This document shows positions 7,726 to 17,025 of a DNA stretch of 41,994 nucleotides, in pieces. Below the pieces are notes generated by a model. It was given only the letters and a program-made list of their open reading frames with translations. It searched no databases and was not told the origin of the DNA. The stretch is from Candidatus Magasanikiibacteriota bacterium (GTDB lineage: Bacteria > Patescibacteriota > Patescibacteriia > Magasanikbacterales > UBA922), in assembly GCA_035438805.1 (NCBI GenBank), contig DAORJA010000002.1, positions 1 to 41,994 on the forward strand. The letters run 5' to 3'. The position numbers were made by a program, and so were the translations under genes. Within the stretch, counting starts at the first letter, position 1. Each line of letters opens with the position of its first letter.

Positions 7726-8424
7726 ATGCAGGAAGAACACAAAAAAACTAATATCGATCACATCCTCGAATCCATTAAGAAGGGTGAATTAAAAATGCGT
7801 CCCAAATGGCATTTTGTACTGAAAACAGTGCTTCTCATTTTAGGTTCAGTTATTTTGGCATTATCAATATTTTATCTAGTTAGTCTGATTATTTTTGGAC
7901 TTCGTGAAACAGGAGTTATTTTTACGCCGGGCTTCGGTGTACGAGGGACTATTTTGTTCCTGCGTTCATTGCCATGGCTTCTCATTCTATTGGTAGGAAT
8001 ATTTTTAATTATTCTAGAAATTCTCGTACGTTCATATTCATTCACGTATAAGACGCCGCTTATCTATTCAGCAGCAGTAATTGTACTTATTGCTTGTATC
8101 GGTGGATGGGTTGTTGCGCGTACACCATTGCACGCGGTCATTATGCGCCGTGCGCCAGATTTCAATATTCCTTTCGTGGGCGGGGGATACCGTGATATAC
8201 AGCATCCTATGTTCAAAGACGTACATGTCGGAAAAATCATGATAATTACTCCAAAAGGTTTTAATATACAAGATCCGCGAAATGAAATACTTATGGTGAT
8301 TATTACACCACAAACAAAAATCATGAGAGGAATAGAATTTCGTACAGGTGATCATGTAATGATTATGGGTCCACGATTTGAGAGTACTATAGAGGCATTT
8401 GGCGTACGGAAAATACCAGAATGA
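7726..8424 (+). CDS. membrane protein, putative anti-sigma partner (by position)
   Basis: Starts 2 nt after the sigma gene stop. Short cytoplasmic N-terminus followed by about 4 TM helices. No recognisable domain. Confidence 0.6.
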   Translation: MQEEHKKTNIDHILESIKKGELKMRPKWHFVLKTVLLILGSVILALSIFYLVSLIIFGLRETGVIFTPGFGVRGTILFLRSLPWLLILLVGIFLIILEILVRSYSFTYKTPLIYSAAVIVLIACIGGWVVARTPLHAVIMRRAPDFNIPFVGGGYRDIQHPMFKDVHVGKIMIITPKGFNIQDPRNEILMVIITPQTKIMRGIEFRTGDHVMIMGPRFESTIEAFGVRKIPE

Positions 8425-8502
8425 AATAAATAGTTTAGAGTAAATGTAGTAGTATATGTAGCCCGGGAAACACTATACTAAATAATTGTTACATATACTA
8501 CT

Positions 8503-9006
8503 ATGAAAAAAAGCATTACATATGCAGTATTACCTGCAATAGCACTTGCACTCTTGGGCGCAGGTGCGGTATCGGCACAAGGGATGGGAGTGGGCGGCAG
8601 TATTCGAGGTGGAGGACCAGAAGGAGGATTCTTTATCTTCAATAATGCTGATCCAGGAGAATTCGCGAGCCATCAAACTCAGATGTTTACAAGCCAAGCA
8701 GAACTTACAGGATTAAGTGTAGATGAGATCAAGGAAGCATGGGCACAAGGAAAAAATCTTGATGAATTGCTCACTGAAAAAGGTATTGATCCTGAAACAA
8801 TTCGAGCAAAAATGAAAACTGCGCATGAAGAAAAAATGAAAGAACAAATTCAGTCACTTGTGACAAAAGGGGTAATCACCCAGGCGCAAGCTGACAAGCG
8901 AATCGAATTCATGAAAAATCATAAACCCGATCCTCGAGGAAACAAAATGCATCGATTTAGCAATCGAGCTGAAACCACTAGAGGTGCTGCAGAAGTATCC
9001 TCATAA
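8503..9006 (+). CDS. secreted hypothetical protein
   Basis: Signal peptide MKKSITYAVLPAIALALLGAGAVSAQG followed by a helical, charged mature part. Confidence 0.65.
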   Translation: MKKSITYAVLPAIALALLGAGAVSAQGMGVGGSIRGGGPEGGFFIFNNADPGEFASHQTQMFTSQAELTGLSVDEIKEAWAQGKNLDELLTEKGIDPETIRAKMKTAHEEKMKEQIQSLVTKGVITQAQADKRIEFMKNHKPDPRGNKMHRFSNRAETTRGAAEVSS

Positions 9007-9016
9007 AGAATAAATT

Positions 9017-9045
9017 AAAAACCCGGACTATACATCCGGGTTTTT
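9017..9045. terminator. bidirectional Rho-independent terminator
   Basis: AAAAACCCGGA-ctataca-TCCGGGTTTTT, located between convergent genes. Confidence 0.7.
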
Positions 9046-9054
9046 AATATCGCG

Positions 9055-9750
9055 TTAAATTTCGTAGATCACATCTTTTCGTTCAACCACTATTTTCCAA
9101 CCACGCTGCTTTGCTGTCTCAAACAACTCTTTGCTTGGATTAAAAGCAATCGGATGCTCTACCAGATTCAGAAACGCTACGTCACCACTGGTGTCGCCAA
9201 CGCCAATTGATCCTTCAAGTGTAAGATTGTTTTCTGCGCAAAAATTCTTGAGCGTCGTATCTTTTACTTCATATGAAGGAAACAGGACATCACCCGTGTA
9301 GACACCTTCTTCTGAGCCGTAGATAGTTCCGTATGCTTTATCGAATTTCCAATCAATCGTAAACGCATCTACAATTTCACGAGGTGATCCAGAAATCGCA
9401 AGAAGCACATAATCTTTTCGGAGTCCTTCAATCAAATTTCTTGTGTATACATACACATGCTCCATTTTTTCTTGGACAACATATCGACTTACTTTTTCAA
9501 TGTCCTCAACGACTTTTCTTCTGAGACGATTTTTGTATGAGCGAATCAGGGACTGTTCAAAGTCGCGATAATGACCACGGCGGTTGATCCAGTCATCGTG
9601 GTATTCCTCAATTTCTTTCAGGACAATAGAAGGAAAGATATCATACTCGACCAATGCTTTGAACAATTCAAAATGCAGGTTCGAGCGGAAGATCGTGCCA
9701 TCAATGTCGAAAACAGCAATTTTTTTCTTAGTTTCTTCCATAAAACTCAC
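9055..9750 (-). CDS. HAD-IB family hydrolase (phosphoserine-phosphatase-like)
   Basis: Motif I VFDIDGTIF and motif IV GVGDTSGDVAFL, with a cap domain between them. Confidence 0.8.
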   Translation of the reverse strand: MSFMEETKKKIAVFDIDGTIFRSNLHFELFKALVEYDIFPSIVLKEIEEYHDDWINRRGHYRDFEQSLIRSYKNRLRRKVVEDIEKVSRYVVQEKMEHVYVYTRNLIEGLRKDYVLLAISGSPREIVDAFTIDWKFDKAYGTIYGSEEGVYTGDVLFPSYEVKDTTLKNFCAENNLTLEGSIGVGDTSGDVAFLNLVEHPIAFNPSKELFETAKQRGWKIVVERKDVIYEI

Positions 9751-9877
9751 TCACAAGTATAAAGAAAACAGTATACGCTATATAGGCATTTTGTGCAAGA
9801 CGAAAGTATCCGCACCCGATTGAACAATCTGATAGACTGAACAATACGGGTACGGATAACGACACTAGTCTCGAGAA

Positions 9878-10246
9878 TTAGGCGACTGCCAAGTCTTGGC
9901 CATAGCCCGCATCGTGCGCCACCTCTCCCGGTCTGGGTTTGGGAAGCGTGTACGTCATCATAGCAGTCTTTTTCGTGAAGTCGAACTTCTCGATCCAGAC
10001 CGACGGACGTTCGTCATCCATGCGGTAGTAACCTTCGATCTTCAGATGATCCTTCGATTTGGCGATCAGGCCGAGACTCCAGATGCGACAGGAGTGCTGG
10101 ACCAGTTCACCAGATTTCGAGTCTCTTCCGTAGAAGGTCACTTCACTGTCACTGAAGAAGTCGCGAGAAGTCGCGAACTTCATGATCAGGTCAGCGTAGC
10201 TCGGATTTTTGTCACCCTCGATCAGCATCGTAAACACTTGGGCCAT
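9878..10246 (-). CDS. hypothetical protein, GC-rich island B
   Basis: 122-aa ORF with ATG start. SD AAGGAGAGAG lies at 10254-10263 (minus strand). About 50% GC by hand count. A long hairpin (9807-9858) lies downstream. No motif recognised. Confidence 0.6.
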   Translation of the reverse strand: MAQVFTMLIEGDKNPSYADLIMKFATSRDFFSDSEVTFYGRDSKSGELVQHSCRIWSLGLIAKSKDHLKIEGYYRMDDERPSVWIEKFDFTKKTAMMTYTLPKPRPGEVAHDAGYGQDLAVA

Positions 10247-10433
10247 GTGGCCACTCTCTCCTTGGACGGCATTAGTGACGGAGACACTACTCCTCGGTAT
10301 GCCGTAAAACCTGAGGAAGGTAATAGCGTAGCATGTTATTCTCTATGAGAAAATATGTCTGTGTGTATAAAATAGGATATGTTACTTTTTGTACTGTTTA
10401 ACGTATACTATACAAAGATTATAATATGCAACT

Positions 10434-11000
10434 ATGCCTTTAGGTTTTTTTGAGGACAAAATGGTGCAGGCCCAACAAGGGGACCGTAATGCTTTTGGTG
10501 AAGTCTATGATGAGTTTGTAAAAAAACTCTACGATTATGCTTTTTTTCGCGTAAAGGATAAACAAACAGCAGAAGATATCGTAGCGGACACATTTATAAA
10601 AGCGCTTGAACATATAAGCTCATTTGACCCGAACAAAGGCTCCGCTGCATCATGGCTTTATCGAATAGCAAGAAATACCTTGGTTGATCAATATAGATCA
10701 CATAAAAAAACTACAGCATTTCCTGAAGATTTTGATGTTGCAGACACTGCAGATTTAAAAACCCACATAGAAAATAGAGATATGCTGAGGAACGTAGAAA
10801 CTGCATTGGAGAAATTATCAGAGCGTGAACGTGAAATTATTATACTTCGAGTATGGGATGAACTTTCATACAAAGAGATTTCAGAAGTATTGGGAAAAAG
10901 TGAAGCAAGTTTGAAAATGGCTGCATCACGGGCATTGAAAGCATTGCGTACACAATTGCCTGTCGCACTCTACATTGCTCTGTTACTCCAGATGAAGTAG
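10434..11000 (+). CDS. ECF-type sigma-70 family sigma factor
   Basis: NAFGEVYDEFVKKLYDYAFFRV...DIVADTFIKALEH...AASWLYRIARNTLVDQYR, and LSEREREIIILRVWDELSYKEISEVLGKSEASLKMAASRALKAL. Confidence 0.85.
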   Translation: MPLGFFEDKMVQAQQGDRNAFGEVYDEFVKKLYDYAFFRVKDKQTAEDIVADTFIKALEHISSFDPNKGSAASWLYRIARNTLVDQYRSHKKTTAFPEDFDVADTADLKTHIENRDMLRNVETALEKLSEREREIIILRVWDELSYKEISEVLGKSEASLKMAASRALKALRTQLPVALYIALLLQMK

Positions 11001-11056
11001 ATCGTAGTACAAGTGTAAGGATATCCCAATATATAACATAATTTACTAACAGTAGT

Positions 11057-12586
11057 ATGGAAAAAAATATTCAATTTATTCTCGAAGAGCTCTACCAGAT
11101 TGACCCTGAACTAAAAAGTCATGAGATAGAGATCGCACAAATTGTTGAGCGTATGATACAAAACAAACCAAACACACAATTAGATGAAACATTTGCTCGT
11201 GAACTGAAAAGCAAAGTTCTTGAAAAGTTTTCACATCAGACAGTGAAAGAGACAAAGAGCTTTTCATTTTTCAGATCAAAATTTGTATATACACTAAGCG
11301 GGGCAATTGCAACGCTCGCAATCGCATTTCCGGTGGTGTATTTCAGTACAGATTTGTCAGCCAAATTTTTGGAAAATAGTTTTACTGCAGGGACACGAGT
11401 AGTACGGGCTGAAGCAAATGCGTTCGGTCCATTGTCACCGGTCACGGTAAATGCGAGTAATACTGAGGGTGCACAGCCACAAGTGTCTAATATGGCGCTC
11501 GGCATGGGTGGGGATTCGTCAAAACGCATGGACACCTCAATGATTTACAATCCCGTCTATACAAATTATAATTTCACATTTTCGGGCGAACTCCCAGAAC
11601 TGAGTGGAGACATCGAAGTATTGAAGCGTGAGTCGGGAATTGATGCGGCAAAGCAATACGCAGGAATTTTGCAGAAAATAAAGCTTGGCATTTTTGATCT
11701 TGGAAAATTAAAACAAGCACAGGTGCAGAATTTTTCTCTTGCAGAAGATCGTGACAAAGGATATATCATAAACGTAGACATGGTTGGTGGATATGTTTCA
11801 ATTTCAGAAAACTATTCCAAATGGCATACACTTCGAACAGAAATCGATTGCGTGAATGGAATGTGCAGTGACCCAAACATGCTTTCAATCGATGAAGTAC
11901 CTGAAGATAGTACGTTAACCAATGTTTCTGATGCATTCCTCAAAGAGTATGGAATTGATATGAGCTCATATGGTAAAGGAGTGGTAGATTCACGATGGAG
12001 AGTGGGGTATGAGGCTGCAGAAGATAAAAGTGCATTCTATATTTCAAACATTCAAACCGTAGTGTACCAGCTGATGATTAATGATAAGCCAGTATATGAA
12101 GAATATGGCGAGCCTATGGGTATTCGCGTGAATATCAACACTCAGGAAATGAAAGTAACGAATGTGGAAGGAATCATGACGAAAACTTTCAGTGGATCAT
12201 CGTATGAGGGCGAAACGGATGAGGCACGACTCCGAGCAATTATTGAAAAAGCACGAATGGTAGAATATGCTGAGCCAACGAAAACAGTAGATGGTGAACT
12301 TGAAAATGCTACACTCGGATATATGCGTCGATGGCAGTATAATGAAACCAATGGAAATTCTACAGAAATATTTGTTCCAGCAATCATTGTGGAAGTAAAA
12401 GATTTCGAACGACTGCAAGCTGAAGGATTGTGGCAGAGTAAAGTAATAATCCCACTTGCAAAAGAAATGCTGTCTGAACTTGAAAATCAGGAGCCGATTC
12501 AGATTATGCCATTTGAACCAATGTTCAAAGATGCAGTAATCAATCCAGTACCAATGTCAGAACCAGCAGTGGAGCCTAGAGGATAA
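11057..12586 (+). CDS. single-pass membrane protein, putative anti-sigma factor (by position)
   Basis: About 75-aa cytoplasmic helical N-terminus, one TM helix (FVYTLSGAIATLAIAFPVVYF) and about 410 aa outside the membrane. Directly follows the sigma gene. Confidence 0.6.
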   Translation: MEKNIQFILEELYQIDPELKSHEIEIAQIVERMIQNKPNTQLDETFARELKSKVLEKFSHQTVKETKSFSFFRSKFVYTLSGAIATLAIAFPVVYFSTDLSAKFLENSFTAGTRVVRAEANAFGPLSPVTVNASNTEGAQPQVSNMALGMGGDSSKRMDTSMIYNPVYTNYNFTFSGELPELSGDIEVLKRESGIDAAKQYAGILQKIKLGIFDLGKLKQAQVQNFSLAEDRDKGYIINVDMVGGYVSISENYSKWHTLRTEIDCVNGMCSDPNMLSIDEVPEDSTLTNVSDAFLKEYGIDMSSYGKGVVDSRWRVGYEAAEDKSAFYISNIQTVVYQLMINDKPVYEEYGEPMGIRVNINTQEMKVTNVEGIMTKTFSGSSYEGETDEARLRAIIEKARMVEYAEPTKTVDGELENATLGYMRRWQYNETNGNSTEIFVPAIIVEVKDFERLQAEGLWQSKVIIPLAKEMLSELENQEPIQIMPFEPMFKDAVINPVPMSEPAVEPRG

Positions 12587-12595
12587 TGAAAAAGT

Positions 12596-12624
12596 AAAAC
12601 ACACGATTGAATGTCGTGTGTTTT
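12596..12624 (+). terminator. Rho-independent terminator
   Basis: AAAACACACGA-ttgaatg-TCGTGTGTTTT. Confidence 0.7.
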
Positions 12625-12643
12625 CATGTTAATCTGTTAGCAT

Positions 12644-13786
12644 ATGCACCCCAACTTTTGGAAATACTTTGCTATTAGCAGCGTTATAGTAACCTGTATT
12701 GTTGTTATTATTGGCACATGGATGTTTTGGCTTTCTCGTACGCCACAATCCAATACACATGCTCCAGATACGATTAATACTGTTACTGAACAAGATTCAG
12801 ATAAGGAGAATCTAAAACCAGTTGTGCCAGAAAAAGATAGATTAACCATACTTGCAGCAGGGGATATCATGCTTGATCGGACCATGTTGTTATTAGCACA
12901 GAAATATAATGACTTTGGGTATTCATTCCGAATGATTTCTTCAACGCTAAAACAAGCTGACATCCGCATTGCAAATCTTGAAGGCCCGATCACGACCAAT
13001 AGATCAATTTCAAATGGCGAGGGTGGGGCACGGTTTAGCTTTACCTTCTCTCCAAAAGTTACTACAACCCTCAAAGAAAATTTTGATGTGGTAAGTCTTG
13101 CGAATAATCACACTACGAATTTTGGGTTTGAAGGGCTTGACCAGACGAGGGATTTTCTTGACAACGCAGGAATAGAATGGTTTGGTGATCCGAATAACCG
13201 CAAAGAAGAAAAGCTTTCAATAATTGTAGAAAAAAATGGAATTAAGATCGGTGTAGTTGGATATCACCAGCTAGTAGAAGAGGGATTTGAAAATGTGATT
13301 GCAGAAGTACAGAAGATTCGTCCCGAAGTAGATGTGATTATTGCGTACCCACATTGGGGAATTGAATATGTGACCAATACTCCATCAGTATTACAGAAAA
13401 AAGAAGCGCATGAATTGATTGATGCAGGGGTAGATATAATAATCGGGGCACATCCCCATGTGATAGAGCCAGTAGAGCTGTATAAAGATAAAATTATATT
13501 TTACAGTCTAGGAAATTTTGTATTCGATCAATATTTCTCACTTCAGACCATGCAAGGGCTGTTACTCAAAATAGCACTTGAGAAAGATACTGAAAATGTT
13601 AACGCGAGAATAAATCTAGTTCCAATACACATCAATAAGCAAAGTCAGCCCTTTGTTGCGGAAACTGAAGAGCGAGAACAAATTTTGGGTGCACTTTCAC
13701 AGTTCTCAATCGGTGACGAAGAATTAAAACAGGGAGTCAAAGTAGGAAAAATTGAAATAGTTTTCCCGTTGGCGCAAATGAAGTAA
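12644..13786 (+). CDS. CapA family protein (PGA_cap metallophosphatase-like)
   Basis: LAAGDIMLDR, IANLEGPIT, VSLANNHTTNFG, PHWGIEY, GAHPHVIEP and YSLGNFVFDQ motifs, with an N-terminal TM anchor. Confidence 0.85.
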   Translation: MHPNFWKYFAISSVIVTCIVVIIGTWMFWLSRTPQSNTHAPDTINTVTEQDSDKENLKPVVPEKDRLTILAAGDIMLDRTMLLLAQKYNDFGYSFRMISSTLKQADIRIANLEGPITTNRSISNGEGGARFSFTFSPKVTTTLKENFDVVSLANNHTTNFGFEGLDQTRDFLDNAGIEWFGDPNNRKEEKLSIIVEKNGIKIGVVGYHQLVEEGFENVIAEVQKIRPEVDVIIAYPHWGIEYVTNTPSVLQKKEAHELIDAGVDIIIGAHPHVIEPVELYKDKIIFYSLGNFVFDQYFSLQTMQGLLLKIALEKDTENVNARINLVPIHINKQSQPFVAETEEREQILGALSQFSIGDEELKQGVKVGKIEIVFPLAQMK

Positions 13787-13843
13787 GAGGAGTATAGTGA
13801 ATTTATACGTAATTTTACTTTCATTCTTAAGCTATACACTTGT

Positions 13844-14116
13844 ATGAGATACATGGACTATATGGGAGGGTGGTCAACTCCAGGATTTTTGGCAGGATTT
13901 GGAGGGTTTGTGTTGCTATTTGTACTTTGGTCTCTGATCTGGAAAGGTCTGGCGCTATGGCACGCTGGACGGCGTGGAGAAAAGGGTTGGTTTATTGCAT
14001 TGCTTATTATTAATACCATGGGAATTTTGGAGATTATTTACCTATTTGCGGTTGCAAAGATTAATCTAACATCCGCTAGTACAAGCTCCAAGTCGGTAGA
14101 ACCCCCACAGACATAG
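13844..14116 (+). CDS. small two-TM membrane protein (DUF5652-like)
   Basis: LWSLIWKGLALWHAGRRGEKGWFIALLIINTMGILEIIYLF resembles the DUF5652 pattern, recalled from memory and not searched. Confidence 0.55.
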   Translation: MRYMDYMGGWSTPGFLAGFGGFVLLFVLWSLIWKGLALWHAGRRGEKGWFIALLIINTMGILEIIYLFAVAKINLTSASTSSKSVEPPQT

Positions 14117-14195
14117 TTTATCCACATTGACGACTCAAAAATAGGGTTTTATACTACATTACTTGTATAAGTTTATTATTAAATAATAGAAAACT

Positions 14196-14660
14196 ATGAA
14201 AAAGACTTTCTTTCTCGCGGCCGTATTTCTTCTCGTAGGTGCTGGCTGCTCTACTACGTCGAATACTACAATTACCCCTTCTGTTCCTGAAACACAGACA
14301 AACGTAGATACTACAAGTGATTCAGGAGATACAAATGAGAGTAATGTGGGAGTTAACGTCGATGCAAATGTAGGTATCGTACAGGACGTGGTGGATGTGA
14401 CGGTGGTCGGTACAAACATGGTATTTGATGTAAAAGAGATTAAAGTAAAAAAAGGAGACAAAGTTCGAGTTACATTCAAAAATGCTGAAGGTTTCCATGA
14501 CTGGGTACTCGATGAATTTGATGTAAAGACAAAACAGATTGGTGCAGGGCAGGAAGAAGTAGTGGAATTTACTGCTGACAAAACTGGAACATTTGAATAC
14601 TACTGTAGTGTAGGCAAACACAGACAAATGGGTATGAAAGGAAATTTGATTGTTGAATAA
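14196..14660 (+). CDS. cupredoxin (type-1 blue copper) lipoprotein
   Basis: Lipobox LLVGAGC. Candidate copper ligands are H in EGFHDW and C-x4-H-x2-M in YYCSVGKHRQMGM. Confidence 0.8.
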   Translation: MKKTFFLAAVFLLVGAGCSTTSNTTITPSVPETQTNVDTTSDSGDTNESNVGVNVDANVGIVQDVVDVTVVGTNMVFDVKEIKVKKGDKVRVTFKNAEGFHDWVLDEFDVKTKQIGAGQEEVVEFTADKTGTFEYYCSVGKHRQMGMKGNLIVE

Positions 14661-14679
14661 TATAGTATTATAAAGATTG

Positions 14680-14710
14680 AAAAGCGCCATACTCTGGTGC
14701 TTTTCTTTTT
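14680..14710 (+). terminator. Rho-independent terminator
   Basis: AAAGCGCCA-tactc-TGGTGCTTT followed by TCTTTTTT. Confidence 0.65.
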
Positions 14711-14754
14711 TACAAACAAATGTTAGACTTTGTGTATAATTATAGCTAAAAGAT

Positions 14755-15168
14755 ATGCCAAAATTTTTTACTGAGTTCAAAAAATTCGCAATGCGAGGAA
14801 GTGTGGTAGATATGACAATTGGTATAATTGTAGGAGGTGCTTTTGGAAAAATTGTCACTTCTCTAGTAAATGATATTATCATGCCTCCGTTGGGCCTCCT
14901 GATCGGTGGAGTAAATTTCAAAGATTTAAAAGTATTATTGAAACCGGGAGAATTTGGATCAGGTGGAGAAGTGATAACACCAGAAGTTGCATTTAATTAT
15001 GGAGCTTTTATCCAAAATATTTTTGATTTCTTGATTATTGCGCTCGCTATATTCCTCATGGTTCGTATAATCAATAAGTTTGCAAAAAAAGAAGAGGAAA
15101 AGCCAGCCACAGCCCCAAAACAAGAGGTACTTTTGGAAGAAATTCGCGATCTTTTGAAGAAAAGATAG
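14755..15168 (+). CDS. mscL: large-conductance mechanosensitive channel
   Basis: [40 protein letters not shown] is the canonical MscL N-terminus. 137 aa. Confidence 0.9.
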   Translation: MPKFFTEFKKFAMRGSVVDMTIGIIVGGAFGKIVTSLVNDIIMPPLGLLIGGVNFKDLKVLLKPGEFGSGGEVITPEVAFNYGAFIQNIFDFLIIALAIFLMVRIINKFAKKEEEKPATAPKQEVLLEEIRDLLKKR

Positions 15169-15214
15169 ATGCTTGTTACGCGCTTGTACCTACTTATTAT
15201 TTCCTCTATACTAG

Positions 15215-15237
15215 AAAAGCCCATAACTCGGGCTTTT
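15215..15237 (+). terminator. Rho-independent terminator
   Basis: AAAAGCCC-ataactc-GGGCTTTT. Confidence 0.65.
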
Positions 15238-15248
15238 AAGTTATACCT

Positions 15249-16883
15249 ATGAAAGCATCTGATATTCTAGTCCGTGCGCTCGAAGGTGAAGGAGTTGAGT
15301 ACATTTTTGGTATTCCTGGAGAAGAAAATCTTGATTTTTTGGATTCACTCAGCCGTTCATCGATTAGACTCATTGTCACTCGTCATGAGCAAAGTGCTGG
15401 ATTTATGGCTGCTACATACGGTCGTTTGACCGGAAAAGTTGGGGTATGTCTTTCAACTCTGGGTCCTGGCGCAACCAATCTAGTCACTCCTGCAGCATTT
15501 GCAGGACTAGGTGCTATGCCTATGCTCATGATTACGGGTCAGAAACCAATAAAGAAAAGCAAACAAGGACATTTTCAGATTATTGATACCGTACAGATGA
15601 TGCGGCCGCTCACCAAATTTACCAAACAAATTGTGCATGCGCAGAGTATTCCTGGACTTGTTCATGAGGCAGTAAGAGTGGCGACTGAAGAACGCCCAGG
15701 AGCAGTACACCTGGAATTACCCGAAGATATTGCAGCGGAAGATGTGGAGAATCCAATGTTTTTTGAAAATACACAAGTGAGGCGTCCTGCTGCAGAAGAA
15801 AAAGCGATTGCTCGTGCAGTAGAAATGATCGAGCATTCAAAACAGCCGCTTATTCTAGTAGGCGCTGGTGCAAATCGAAAATTAGTGAGTAAATCACTAC
15901 TTCAATTTATTGAAAAAACAAAAATTCCTTTCTTCACTACACAAATGGGGAAAGGGGTGATTGATGAATCGCATCCACTCTATATTGGATGTGCCGCACT
16001 CTCAGCAAATGATTATTTACACTGCGCTGTTGAAAAAGCTGATTTGATTATCAATGTGGGGCATGATGTGGTAGAAAAGCCACCATTTTTCATGAAAGAA
16101 AGTCAAAAAGTAATTCATGTGAATTTTTGCGCTGCACATATTGATAGTGTGTATTTCCCACAATGGGAAGTAGTAGGGGATATTGGCAACGCGCTGTGGC
16201 AAATGACTGAGCGGATTACCCCACAAGACTGGGATAGTACGTACCCACTCAAAATCAAAGGGTACATGGAAGATAAATTGAATGAGCTGCTCCCATATTC
16301 GTTTCCAATGAAACCACAACATATTGTAAGAGATGTTCGTGAGCTTTTGCCACGCGATGGAATTGTTTCGCTCGATAATGGAATGTACAAGCTGTGGTTT
16401 GCGCGATATTTCAAGGCATATGAGAGAAATACGATATTGCTTGATAACGCGCTTGCAACCATGGGAGCTGGATTGCCAGGTGCGATTGCTGCAAAATTAG
16501 TATACCCAAAGAAAAAAGTAGTTGTGGTTGCAGGAGATGGAGGATTTATGATGAATTCTCAAGAGCTTGAAACAGCACTTCGGCTCAAACTTCACTTCAC
16601 CGTACTTCTCCTTAATGATAATGGGTATGGTATGATCAAATGGAAACAAGAAAGCATGAAATTGAGAGATTTTGGGCTTAATTTTGGTAATCCTGATTTT
16701 GTAAAATACGCAGAAAGCTATGGAGCAGTAGGACATCGGGTGACAAAGGAAAAAACATTGCGTGACATACTCAAATATACCCTCGATGCTCCAGGGATTC
16801 ATGTAGTTGAGATTCCAGTTGATTATTCGGAAAATTATCGAGTGTTTACCAAAGAATTGCATGACAAAGTGTGCCCTGTGTAG
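15249..16883 (+). CDS. thiamine-diphosphate-dependent enzyme, acetolactate synthase (AlsS)-like
   Basis: N-terminal IFGIPGEENLDFLD...RHEQSAGFMAATYGRLTGKVGVCLSTLGPGATN and C-terminal TPP motif GDGGFMMNSQELET...LNDNGYG. 544 aa. Confidence 0.85.
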   Translation: MKASDILVRALEGEGVEYIFGIPGEENLDFLDSLSRSSIRLIVTRHEQSAGFMAATYGRLTGKVGVCLSTLGPGATNLVTPAAFAGLGAMPMLMITGQKPIKKSKQGHFQIIDTVQMMRPLTKFTKQIVHAQSIPGLVHEAVRVATEERPGAVHLELPEDIAAEDVENPMFFENTQVRRPAAEEKAIARAVEMIEHSKQPLILVGAGANRKLVSKSLLQFIEKTKIPFFTTQMGKGVIDESHPLYIGCAALSANDYLHCAVEKADLIINVGHDVVEKPPFFMKESQKVIHVNFCAAHIDSVYFPQWEVVGDIGNALWQMTERITPQDWDSTYPLKIKGYMEDKLNELLPYSFPMKPQHIVRDVRELLPRDGIVSLDNGMYKLWFARYFKAYERNTILLDNALATMGAGLPGAIAAKLVYPKKKVVVVAGDGGFMMNSQELETALRLKLHFTVLLLNDNGYGMIKWKQESMKLRDFGLNFGNPDFVKYAESYGAVGHRVTKEKTLRDILKYTLDAPGIHVVEIPVDYSENYRVFTKELHDKVCPV

Positions 16884-16890
16884 TATTCGT

Positions 16891-17011
16891 GTCATTCCGA
16901 GGGAGGAGTGCATCCGACGAGTCGAGGAATCCCTTGTGTAAGGTAAGACTAGCTTAATACAAGGGATTCCTCGACTCCACTACGCTATTGCTTCGTTCCG
17001 CTCGGAATGAC
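16891..17011. repeat. nested palindromic intergenic element
   Basis: Outer arms are GTCATTCCGAG (16891-16901) and CTCGGAATGAC (17001-17011). Inner perfect 19-bp arms are GAGTCGAGGAATCCCTTGT (16919-16937) and ACAAGGGATTCCTCGACTC (16959-16977). Confidence 0.8.
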
Positions 17012-17025
17012 AAATACAAAATTCT

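Noticed and set aside
9896-10348. ORF 9896-10348 (+, 150 aa)
   Set aside because: It is the antisense shadow of the SD-bearing minus-strand ORF 9878-10246. It is Arg/His-rich with no RBS.
14159-14921. Minus-strand ORFs 14159-14581 (140 aa) and 14322-14921 (199 aa)
   Set aside because: They are antisense to the well-supported cupredoxin and mscL genes, span a terminator, and have Ser/Thr/Phe-rich low-complexity translations.
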